A stretch of 64,000 bases of DNA from Solirubrobacterales bacterium. Lineage in GTDB: Bacteria; Actinomycetota; Thermoleophilia; Solirubrobacterales; 70-9. The stretch covers positions 1,867 to 65,866 of the forward strand of contig VRUE01000003.1 of the NCBI GenBank assembly GCA_019456285.1, written 5' to 3'. Positions 48,659-55,883 of this stretch are shown piece after piece. Made by a program: the position numbers and the translations under genes. Under the pieces are notes generated by a model that made no database searches, was not told the DNA's origin, and saw only the letters and a list, made by a program, of their open reading frames with translations. Each line of letters starts with the position of its first letter. The first letter of the stretch is position 1.

Positions 48659-49933
48659 TTGAGCGCAGCCAGGCTCACCGAGCTGGGCTCGGGCGTCCGG
48701 GTCGTCACCGAGGAGGTTCCCTCGGTGCGATCCGTGGCGCTCGGCCTCTGGGTGCGCACAGGCTCGCGCAACGAGACCCCCGCCCGGGCGGGGGTCTCGC
48801 ACCTCCTCGAGCACCTGCTGTTCAAGGGGACGGCGCGCTTCTCGGCGATCGAGATCTCCGAGCGCCTCGACGGGCTCGGCGCCGCCGTGAACGCCGCCAC
48901 CGGCAAGGAGACGACCCACCTGCACGCCCGCTTCCTCGACGAGCACACCGAGGAGGTCTTCGACCTGCTGGCCGAGATGCTGCTCGCCCCGACCTACCCC
49001 GAGGTCGACTCCGAGCGCGAGGTCGTGCTGGAGGAGATCGCGATGTACGAGGACGAGCCGCAGGACCGCGTCCACGACTTCCTCGCCGGCGCGGTCTTCG
49101 GCAAACACCCTCTGGGTCGCCGCGTGCTGGGCGAGGCGGGGGTGATCGCCTCGATCCCGGTGCCGGAGATCGACGCCTACCACCGGGGCCGGTACACGGG
49201 CGCCAATGTCGTGGTCGGCGCCGCCGGCCATCTCGAGCACGAGCGGATCGCCGACCTGGCGGGTCGCTTGGTCTCTCCGCCCACTGACGGGACGGAGGCG
49301 GGACCCGTGGCCGAGCCGGACCAGTCGGCGCGGGTGCGCTTCCACGAGAAGGACACCGAGCAGTACCACATCTGCTTCGGCGCGCCCGGGATAACCCGCG
49401 CCGACGAGCGCCGTTATGCGCTGACCGTGCTCGACTCGATCTTCGGCGGCTCGACCTCGTCGCGCCTCTTCCGGGAGGTTCGCGAGAAGCGCGGCCTCGC
49501 CTACTCGATCGGTTCCTACAACGAGCTGTACACGGACTCGGGGCTGATCGCGACCTATGTCGGCACCCGCGAGGAGAACATCGAGGAGGCCTGCTCGATC
49601 ATCGGCGCCGAGCTGGAGCGGCTGCGCACCGAGCCGGTCTCCGCCGAGGAGCTGAGCCGCGCCAAGGAGAGCATCAAGGGCCGCCTCGTCCTCTCCTCGG
49701 AGTCGACATCGGCGCGGATGGCGCGGATCTCCCGCGTCACGCTGTTCGGGCTGCCGAGCGACACGCTGGACGAGATGCTCGTCAAGGTGGACGCCGTCAG
49801 CGTCGGGGACCTGACCGAGCTGGCCGCCGAGCTGTACGGGGCCGAGCGGCTTTCCGCCGCCTGCGTGGGGCGCGGCGAGGACTACTTCCGCAGGGCGCTG
49901 GCACCGGTCAGCGAAGCCCTGGTGGCGGCATGA
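48659..49933 (+). CDS. M16-family (pitrilysin-like) zinc peptidase
   Basis: GSR.E....AG.SHLLEHLLFKGT (HxxEH inverted zincin motif). TTG start 3 nt after the pnp TAA. Confidence 0.88.
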   Translation: MSAARLTELGSGVRVVTEEVPSVRSVALGLWVRTGSRNETPARAGVSHLLEHLLFKGTARFSAIEISERLDGLGAAVNAATGKETTHLHARFLDEHTEEVFDLLAEMLLAPTYPEVDSEREVVLEEIAMYEDEPQDRVHDFLAGAVFGKHPLGRRVLGEAGVIASIPVPEIDAYHRGRYTGANVVVGAAGHLEHERIADLAGRLVSPPTDGTEAGPVAEPDQSARVRFHEKDTEQYHICFGAPGITRADERRYALTVLDSIFGGSTSSRLFREVREKRGLAYSIGSYNELYTDSGLIATYVGTREENIEEACSIIGAELERLRTEPVSAEELSRAKESIKGRLVLSSESTSARMARISRVTLFGLPSDTLDEMLVKVDAVSVGDLTELAAELYGAERLSAACVGRGEDYFRRALAPVSEALVAA

Positions 49934-50598
49934 TTGGCGTCGTCGCGTCCGGCGCCGCGGGGCGGATGGGGCAGGCGGTCTGCGAGGCGGTCGAGGGCGC
50001 CGAGGGTATGGACCTCGTGGCGAAGGCCGATCCGGCACTCGGGGTCGAGCTGGCCGCGGTGCTCGGCAAGGCCGACGTCGCCGTCGACTTCACCACACCG
50101 GACGCGGCCGCCGGCAACGTCCGCGCCTGCCTGGAGGCGGGCGTCCACGCGGTGGTCGGGACGACCGGCTTCGACCTCGAGGCGCTGCGCGAGGCGGCCG
50201 AGGCGGCCGGCGGCGCCAACTGCTTCGTCGCCCCCAACTTCGCGATCGGCGCGGTGCTGCTGATGGAGGCCGCGCGGCTCATCGCCCGCCAGATGCCCGA
50301 GTGCGAGATCGTCGAGCTTCACCACGATCGCAAGCTCGACGCGCCCTCGGGGACGGCGAAGCGCACCGCCGAGCTGATCCGCGAGGCGGGCGGCAACGTC
50401 CACGAGCCGATCCACTCGGTGCGCCTGCCCGGCCTGGTCGCCCACCAGGAGGTCATCTTCGGCGGCGAGGGGCAGACTCTCTCGCTGCGGCACGACTCGA
50501 TCGACCGCCGCTCCTTCATGCCGGGTGTCCTGCTTGCCGTGCGCAGGGTCGCCGACCTTCCCGACCGTTTCACGGTCGGCCTCGAGAAGCTGCTCTAG
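49930..50598 (+). CDS. dapB: 4-hydroxy-tetrahydrodipicolinate reductase
   Basis: GAAGRMG, VDFT.P, VVGTTG, APNFAIGAVL, and E..HH..K.DAPSGTA blocks. ATGA overlap with the peptidase gene. Confidence 0.9.
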   Translation: MIGVVASGAAGRMGQAVCEAVEGAEGMDLVAKADPALGVELAAVLGKADVAVDFTTPDAAAGNVRACLEAGVHAVVGTTGFDLEALREAAEAAGGANCFVAPNFAIGAVLLMEAARLIARQMPECEIVELHHDRKLDAPSGTAKRTAELIREAGGNVHEPIHSVRLPGLVAHQEVIFGGEGQTLSLRHDSIDRRSFMPGVLLAVRRVADLPDRFTVGLEKLL

Positions 50599-50618
50599 AG
50601 CTGGGTACCCTGACGGCG

Positions 50619-51497
50619 ATGGCGGCGATCCGCGGGGTGATCACGGCGATGGCGACGCCCTTCGACGAGGGCGGTGGGGTCGACGAGGCCGCGGCGCGGC
50701 GACTCGCCGCTCACCTGGTCGAGCACGGCTCCCACGGAGTCGTCGTGGCGGGCACGACCGGTGAGTCGCCGACCCTCGACGACGAGGAGAAGCTGGCGCT
50801 GCTGCGGGCGGTTCGCGACGAGCTGGGCGACGACGCCCTGGTCGTCTGCGGCACCGGCTCCAACGACACCCGCCACTCCCGCGAGCTGACCAAGGCGGCG
50901 GCGGCGGCCGGCGCGGACGCGGGGCTGGTCGTCACCCCCTACTACAACAAGCCGAACCGGGCCGGCCTGCGGGCTCACTTCGAGGCGGTCGCGGAGGCGG
51001 CGCCGGAGCTGCCGCTGATCATCTACAACATCCCCTCGCGGGTCGTGGTCAACCTGGACCCCGCCTTCCTCAGCGAGCTGTCCTCGATCGAGAACGTGGT
51101 CGCGGTCAAGCAGGCCAACGACGACGAGCTGGGGCCGGTCGAGGGGATGGCTGTGCTGGCCGGCAACGACGGGACGTTCCTGCCGATGCTGGAGCTTGGC
51201 GGCGCTGGCGGCATCCTCGTCTCCTCCCACATCGTCGGCAGCCGGATGCGGGAGATGTGGGACGCGGCGCAAGGCGGAGACCTGGTCCGGGCGGGGGAGG
51301 TAGACGCCGAGTTGCGCCCCGTCTACGAGGCGCTTTCGGTCACCAACCCGGTGCCGCTGAAGGCGGCGCTGGAGATGCTCAGCCTGGCTCCGGGGCGGCT
51401 GCGACTGCCGCTGGTCCCCGCTGACGAGGAGCAGAGGGCGGCGGTGCGGGCCGCCCTGGAGAGCGCCGGCGTGCCGGTGACCCCCGTGGGCCGATGA
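50619..51497 (+). CDS. dapA: 4-hydroxy-tetrahydrodipicolinate synthase
   Basis: G...A..TPF......D.......L..H.V..GS.G.VV.GTTGES.TL...E, TPYYNKP, and YN.P.R blocks. Confidence 0.93.
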   Translation: MAAIRGVITAMATPFDEGGGVDEAAARRLAAHLVEHGSHGVVVAGTTGESPTLDDEEKLALLRAVRDELGDDALVVCGTGSNDTRHSRELTKAAAAAGADAGLVVTPYYNKPNRAGLRAHFEAVAEAAPELPLIIYNIPSRVVVNLDPAFLSELSSIENVVAVKQANDDELGPVEGMAVLAGNDGTFLPMLELGGAGGILVSSHIVGSRMREMWDAAQGGDLVRAGEVDAELRPVYEALSVTNPVPLKAALEMLSLAPGRLRLPLVPADEEQRAAVRAALESAGVPVTPVGR

Positions 51498-53155
51498 GCA
51501 AGAAGCTGCGAGTGCTCCCGCTCGGCGGGCTGGGAGAGATCGGCAAGAACATGACCGTGATCGAGTACGACGGGCGGATCGTCGTGGTCGACACCGGGCT
51601 GATGTTCCCGACCGCCGAGATGCTCGGGATCGACCTCGTCCTGCCCGACTTCTCCTACCTGCGCGATCGCGCCGACGACATCGAGGCGATCGTTCTCACC
51701 CACGGGCACGAGGACCACGTCGGCGCGCTGCCCTACGTGCTGCGCGAGATCGGCGCGCCACCGGCTATCTACGGAGGGTTGCTGACGATCGGGATGGTCC
51801 GCTCCAAGCTCGACGAGCACAAGCTCGCCGCCGCGCCGCTGCAGGAGCTGCCGGCGGGGGAGAAGGTGCGGGCCGGCCCGTTCGAGCTGGAGCTGGTCCA
51901 CCTCGCGCACTCGATCCCCGATGCGCGCGGGGTCATCCTCACGACCGAGCTGGGCTCGATGCTGATGACGGGTGACTACAAATTCGACCAGACGCCGGTC
52001 GACGGCCGCCCCTCGGACATCTCCCGCCTCGCCGAGCTGGGGCGCGACGGGCTGTTGCTGCTCTGCGGCGACTCGACCAACGCCGACCGGCCCGGGATCG
52101 CGCCGTCGGAGTCAAGCGTCGGCCCGGCGCTGCTGGAGACGTTCTCGAGCTGCGAGGGCCGCATCGTCGTCACCTCCTTCGCCTCCAACATCCACCGCGT
52201 CCAGCAGGTGATCGACGCGGCCGTGAAGCTGGATCGCCGGGTGGCGCTGGTCGGCCGCTCGATGCGCAAGAACTTCAACATCGCCTCCAACCTGGGGATC
52301 GCCGGCGCGCCCTCGGGGCTCTTCATCCAGCCGCGCGAGATCGAGGACTTCCCCGACGAGAAGGTGGTCGTGATCTCGACCGGAAGCCAGGGCGAGCCGC
52401 TCTCGGCCCTGCGGCGGATGGCCAACAACGACCACCGCGACGTGGAGCTGCACTCAGGCGACACGGTCGTCTTCGCGGCGACCCCGGTGCCCGGCAACGA
52501 GCGCGCCGTCAACGAGACGATCGACCGCATCTACGAGATCGGCGCCTCGGTGGTGACCGCGGAGGAGGCGCCGATCCACGCTTCCGGGCACGGCTGGCAG
52601 GAGGAGCTGAAGCTGATGCTCAACCTGACCAAGCCGCGCTACGTGTTCCCGGTCCACGGCGACTTCCAACGGCTGCGGCGGCACGCCGAGCTGGCCCACG
52701 CGGTCGGAGTCGACCCCGACGACGTCTTCCAGGGCCGCAACGGCCTGCCGCTGGAGATCGACGAGCGCGGCGCTCGCTTCGGCGAGGCGGTCCACTCCGG
52801 CGTGATCTTCGTCGACGGGGTCGACCTCGGCGAGCCGGACGAGGCGGCGCTGCGCGACCGCAGGACCATCTCGGCCGACGGCATCTTCATCGTCGTCGCC
52901 ACGATCTCCTCCGACGACGGCGCCGTCGTCGCCGACCCCGAGGTGATCTTCCGCGGCGTGCCCTTTCTCGCAGAGGTGGACGGCTTGGTCGAAGAGCTGC
53001 GGAACGCGGTCGAGGACTCTCTGGAGGATGCCGCCGAGGCGGGCATCCGCGAACTGCACCTGATCCAGGAGAACCTCCACGACGCAGTCGCCAAGCTCGT
53101 CTACGAGAAGCTGCGCCGCCGGCCGATGGTGCTGCCGGTCGTGGTCGAGGTCTAG
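51494..53155 (+). CDS. rnj: ribonuclease J
   Basis: PLGGLGEIGKNMTVIEY....VVD.G..FP, ITHGHEDHVGALPY, beta-CASP, and the C-terminal domain. ATGA overlap with dapA. Confidence 0.95.
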   Translation: MSKKLRVLPLGGLGEIGKNMTVIEYDGRIVVVDTGLMFPTAEMLGIDLVLPDFSYLRDRADDIEAIVLTHGHEDHVGALPYVLREIGAPPAIYGGLLTIGMVRSKLDEHKLAAAPLQELPAGEKVRAGPFELELVHLAHSIPDARGVILTTELGSMLMTGDYKFDQTPVDGRPSDISRLAELGRDGLLLLCGDSTNADRPGIAPSESSVGPALLETFSSCEGRIVVTSFASNIHRVQQVIDAAVKLDRRVALVGRSMRKNFNIASNLGIAGAPSGLFIQPREIEDFPDEKVVVISTGSQGEPLSALRRMANNDHRDVELHSGDTVVFAATPVPGNERAVNETIDRIYEIGASVVTAEEAPIHASGHGWQEELKLMLNLTKPRYVFPVHGDFQRLRRHAELAHAVGVDPDDVFQGRNGLPLEIDERGARFGEAVHSGVIFVDGVDLGEPDEAALRDRRTISADGIFIVVATISSDDGAVVADPEVIFRGVPFLAEVDGLVEELRNAVEDSLEDAAEAGIRELHLIQENLHDAVAKLVYEKLRRRPMVLPVVVEV

Positions 53156-53163
53156 TAGATAGT

Positions 53164-53208
53164 CGGGCCTGCCGGGGAAGTGTTGGGGAGAGAACCCCGG
53201 CAGGCCCG
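53164..53208. terminator. 14 bp perfect hairpin between the convergent rnj and kinase genes (probable bidirectional terminator)
   Basis: CGGGCCTGCCGGGG (53164-53177), a 17 nt loop, then CCCCGGCAGGCCCG (53195-53208). A TT-rich stretch follows on the + strand. Confidence 0.6.
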
Positions 53209-53244
53209 TTGTGTCTCGTCCACGGGGGAACCTAGGGAGGGGCG

Positions 53245-54645
53245 CTAAAGGGGGTCTAAAGCGGGTGTAATTCCTTTCTTAGGCCTGCTCAGCGGCAGGC
53301 GGACCCGGAACAGCGCCCCTCCCGGATCGGACTCGGCTGCCTCGACCGTGCCGCCGTGGGAGGTGGCCACCGAGCGGACTATGGCGAGGCCGAGGCCGGT
53401 GCCGGGGCCGACGGCGGTGTCGGCGGGCCCGTCGCCGCGGACGAAGCGATCGAAGACCTGGGTGCGCAGATCGGGCGGGATGCCCGGGCCGTCGTCGGAC
53501 ACCTCGAGGACGGCATCGGGGCCCTTGGCGCGAAGGCGCAGCTCGATCCGCGAGCCGGAGGGCGTGTGGCGGGCGGCGTTGTCGAGCAGGTTGAGCACCA
53601 TCCGGTGCAGCTCGTCGGGGTTGCCCTCCACCGGGAGCTGGCGGTCGTTCTCGACCCGCAGCTCGCGGTCGCCCATCACCGGGGCCGCCTCGGCCGCGGC
53701 GTCGTCAGCCAGCTCGGCGAGATCGCAACGGCGGCGCTTGCCGATCCGCCCGGCATCGGCGCGGGCGAGCAGCAGCAGGTCGGCGACCAGCTGGCTCATC
53801 CGGTGCGAGGAGCGCAGGGCCGAGTCGACCATCGCCCGGTCGTCCTCCTGCCCCGGCCCCTGCAGCGAAGCCTGGAGCAGCTCCAGGTTGGCGAGGGTGC
53901 TGGTCAGGGGGGTGCGCAGCTCGTGCGAGGCGTCGGCGACGAACTCGCGCTGTTTCTTCATCGCGGTCTCGCGCTCTGCCCGGGCCGCGTCCAGGGAGCG
54001 GAGCATCTGCTCGAGGGTGCGGGCCAACTCGCCGACCTCGTCGTCCACCTTCGGCTCCGGCATCTGGCGGGAGGGGTCGCCGGTCTCGGCGATCCGGCGC
54101 GCCGTCGCGGTCAGCGAGGAGACCGGCCGCATCGCACGGCCGGCGATCGCCAGCCCCGCCATGCTGGCGAGCAGCGTGCCGCCAAGCACGCCGGCAGCGA
54201 TGAACAGCCAGAGGCGGTCGATCGCCGCGTCGATCTGCCCGAAGCTGCGCCCGTACTGGACGTATCCCGTCAGGCCGCCTACGCTGCCGCCGATCCGCGC
54301 CGTGGCGACCCGCATCCCGCCGATCTCGGCGACACCCTGGCGCGGCGGGCCGAGGCTGGCTGCATTGGTGCTCTGGGTCAGCAGCGCGCCATCGGAGTTG
54401 AAGACGCGGACCGTCGCGTCATGGGGCAGCGCGAAGTCATCGAGCCCCGGCCCGCGGATCAGGTAGGAGCCGGTCGGCGTGTCGACGATCCGCAGTTCCG
54501 CCGCCAGGGTTTGCACGGCGCCGCGCACCTCTTGGTTGAAGTCGCTTCGGATCCGCTGCGTCGCGACCCCGCCGATCACCGCGCCGAAGGTGAGCAGGAT
54601 CGCCAAGGTCAGCCCGGCCGAGGCGGTGGCGAGGCGCCAGCGCAC
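53245..54645 (-). CDS. sensor histidine kinase (TM-periplasmic-TM-HAMP-HisKA-HATPase); start uncertain
   Basis: FVADASHELRTPLTS H-box, then N, G1 (DDGPGI) and G2 (GTGLGL) boxes. The first 46 codons of the 512 aa ORF are the translated family-1 repeat, so I prefer GTG 54645 (MRWRLATASAGLTLAILLTFG...). Confidence 0.85.
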   Translation of the reverse strand: MRWRLATASAGLTLAILLTFGAVIGGVATQRIRSDFNQEVRGAVQTLAAELRIVDTPTGSYLIRGPGLDDFALPHDATVRVFNSDGALLTQSTNAASLGPPRQGVAEIGGMRVATARIGGSVGGLTGYVQYGRSFGQIDAAIDRLWLFIAAGVLGGTLLASMAGLAIAGRAMRPVSSLTATARRIAETGDPSRQMPEPKVDDEVGELARTLEQMLRSLDAARAERETAMKKQREFVADASHELRTPLTSTLANLELLQASLQGPGQEDDRAMVDSALRSSHRMSQLVADLLLLARADAGRIGKRRRCDLAELADDAAAEAAPVMGDRELRVENDRQLPVEGNPDELHRMVLNLLDNAARHTPSGSRIELRLRAKGPDAVLEVSDDGPGIPPDLRTQVFDRFVRGDGPADTAVGPGTGLGLAIVRSVATSHGGTVEAAESDPGGALFRVRLPLSRPKKGITPALDPL

Positions 54646-54699
54646 CGGCCAGCTGCGCGGGCGCAGCCGGCGGCGAGGAGACGACAGCCCCGGATCGCT

Positions 54700-54765
54700 G
54701 CCATACGGCGTCCTCAGTCGCCCGAATAGCGCCGCTATTCGGGCGCCCTGCGTTCTTGCCTGGCG
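54700..54765. repeat. family-1 intercistronic repeat, copy E (opposite orientation relative to the operon)
   Basis: GCCATACGGCGTCCTCAGTCG, then the 12 bp hairpin CGCCCGAATAGC-gcc-GCTATTCGGGCG, then CCCTGCGTTCTTGCC. It has the same arm order as copies A-D on the + strand, but the flanking genes are on the - strand. Confidence 0.7.
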
Positions 54766-54811
54766 GCGCCTGGGCCTCGTCATCTCCCGGTCACCGTCAC
54801 CAGACAGGGCA

Positions 54812-55513
54812 CTACTCCTTGAGCACGTAGCCGGCGCCGCGCTTGGTGTGGAGAAGGCGGGGCTCGCCGCCGGCCTCCAGCTTGCGGCGCAGGTTGGAGA
54901 CGAAGACGTCGACCGTGTTGGTCGCCGCCGTCGGGTCGTAGCCCCAGACCTCGTCGAGCAGCCGCTCCCGCGAGACCACGAGGCGCTCGTTGCGCATCAG
55001 GTGCTCGAGCAGCTCGAACTCGCGGTTGGTCAGCTCGACCTCCCGCTCGCCGTGCCGCACCTCGCGGGTGTCGGGGTTGAGCAGCAGGTCGCCGACGCTC
55101 AGCGTGGCGGCGCCGCGCGGCGGCCGGCGGCGCAGCAGGGCCCGGATCCGCGCCAGCAGCTCCCGCCGCTCGAACGGCTTCACCAGGTAGTCGTCGGCGC
55201 CGCTGTCGAGGCCGTCGACCCGGTCCTCGGTCTCCGTCCGCGCGGTCAGCATCAGGATCGGGACGTCGCTGTCGGCCCGCAGCCGCCGGCAGACCTCGAC
55301 CCCGTCGAGGCGCGGCAAGCCGAGGTCGAGCACGACGAGGTCGGGGGCGAAGCCGGCCGCGGCGTCGAGGGCGTCGATGCCGTCGGCCGCGGTGTGCACC
55401 TCGTAGCCCTCGCCGCGCAGCGAGCGTCGCAGCACGTCGGCGATCTCGGCGTCGTCCTCGACGACGAGCACCCGTCCCCCTGCCGGATCGGCGGTGACTG
55501 TCTGCATCGTCAC
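54812..55513 (-). CDS. OmpR/PhoB-family response regulator
   Basis: RVLVVEDD..I, DLVVLDLGLP..DG, ILMLTA, DDYL.KPF receiver motifs, plus a winged-helix C-terminal domain (LT.REFELLE.L..N...V.SRE.L...VWG). Confidence 0.93.
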   Translation of the reverse strand: MTMQTVTADPAGGRVLVVEDDAEIADVLRRSLRGEGYEVHTAADGIDALDAAAGFAPDLVVLDLGLPRLDGVEVCRRLRADSDVPILMLTARTETEDRVDGLDSGADDYLVKPFERRELLARIRALLRRRPPRGAATLSVGDLLLNPDTREVRHGEREVELTNREFELLEHLMRNERLVVSRERLLDEVWGYDPTAATNTVDVFVSNLRRKLEAGGEPRLLHTKRGAGYVLKE

Positions 55514-55528
55514 CGATCTTAGCCTGGT

Positions 55529-55645
55529 GGGAACGGGGGCAGGCAGGGGTTCCGCTTAACTTTTTCGCCGGGAACGGGGCGTCTCTCGCCAAATCGCCGG
55601 TGCGAAAAAGTACAAGACGCTTCACCCCCACCTGCCCCCGTTCCC
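55529..55645. repeat. family-2 palindromic element, unit 1 (117 nt)
   Basis: The outer stem GGGAACGGGGGCAGG (55529-55543) pairs with CCTGCCCCCGTTCCC (55631-55645), 15 bp perfect. The cores are GGGGTTCCGCTTAACTTTTTCG (55546-55567) and CGAAAAAGTACAAGACGCT (55603-55621). Confidence 0.85.
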
Positions 55646-55665
55646 TGAAGCTGGCGTGGGGCTGG

Positions 55666-55777
55666 GGGGCGGATCGGGTGGGGGTTCCGCTTAACTTTTT
55701 CGGTGGGCCTTTGGGAACTGGCTGTGGGCGGATTGCCGAAAAAGTACAAGACGCTCCACCCTCACCCGATCCGCCCC
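55666..55777. repeat. family-2 palindromic element, unit 2 (112 nt)
   Basis: The outer stem GGGGCGGATCGGGTG (55666-55680) pairs with CACCCGATCCGCCCC (55763-55777), 15 bp perfect. The cores at 55681-55702 and 55737-55755 are identical to those of unit 1. Confidence 0.85.
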
Positions 55778-55811
55778 ACGCGGGGCCGGGCAGATTCGCG
55801 TCTGAGGCTGG

Positions 55812-55856
55812 TGCGTTCGCACTTCTGCCCGCATACCGGGAAGAAGTGCGAACGCA
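55812..55856. repeat. 15 bp perfect hairpin 27 nt upstream of the ftsK start
   Basis: TGCGTTCGCACTTCT (55812-55826), a 15 nt loop, then AGAAGTGCGAACGCA (55842-55856). Confidence 0.8.
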
Positions 55857-55883
55857 GGGCTGGTGGGGCGGGCGTCGAAACGG

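Noticed and set aside
46127-50038. A 1303 aa reverse-strand ORF. Similar giants occur at 32027-35674 (1215 aa), 40875-43232 (785 aa), 12990-15161, 15320-17269 and 10556-12508.
   Set aside because: They lie antisense to unmistakable conserved genes (pnp/M16 peptidase, carB, infB, recJ, rel, secDF). Their translations are Arg/Gly/Ala/Pro/Asp-rich low-complexity strings with no motifs. Long stop-free antisense frames are expected at about 70% GC.
55546-55621. Family-2 units as integron attC sites: GCTTAAC fits the RYYYAAC inverse core.
   Set aside because: The partner site is GTACAAG rather than GTTRRRY. There is no integrase or cassette ORF nearby. In attC sites the conserved boxes sit at the outer ends, whereas here the outer stems are the variable part.
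55519-55749. A 76 aa reverse-strand ORF with an internal EKVKRNP repeat, and other small ORFs in the 55514-55883 spacer.
   Set aside because: The peptide repeat is just the translated family-2 core. There is no start context, codon bias is poor (AT-rich cores), and frames differ between units.
55529-55856. A chromosome dif/Xer site, or another FtsK-related site, because the palindromes sit next to ftsK.
   Set aside because: No TTATGT..AA.T XerD-arm-like sequence or 11-6-11 organisation is present. The adjacency to ftsK is most simply coincidental.
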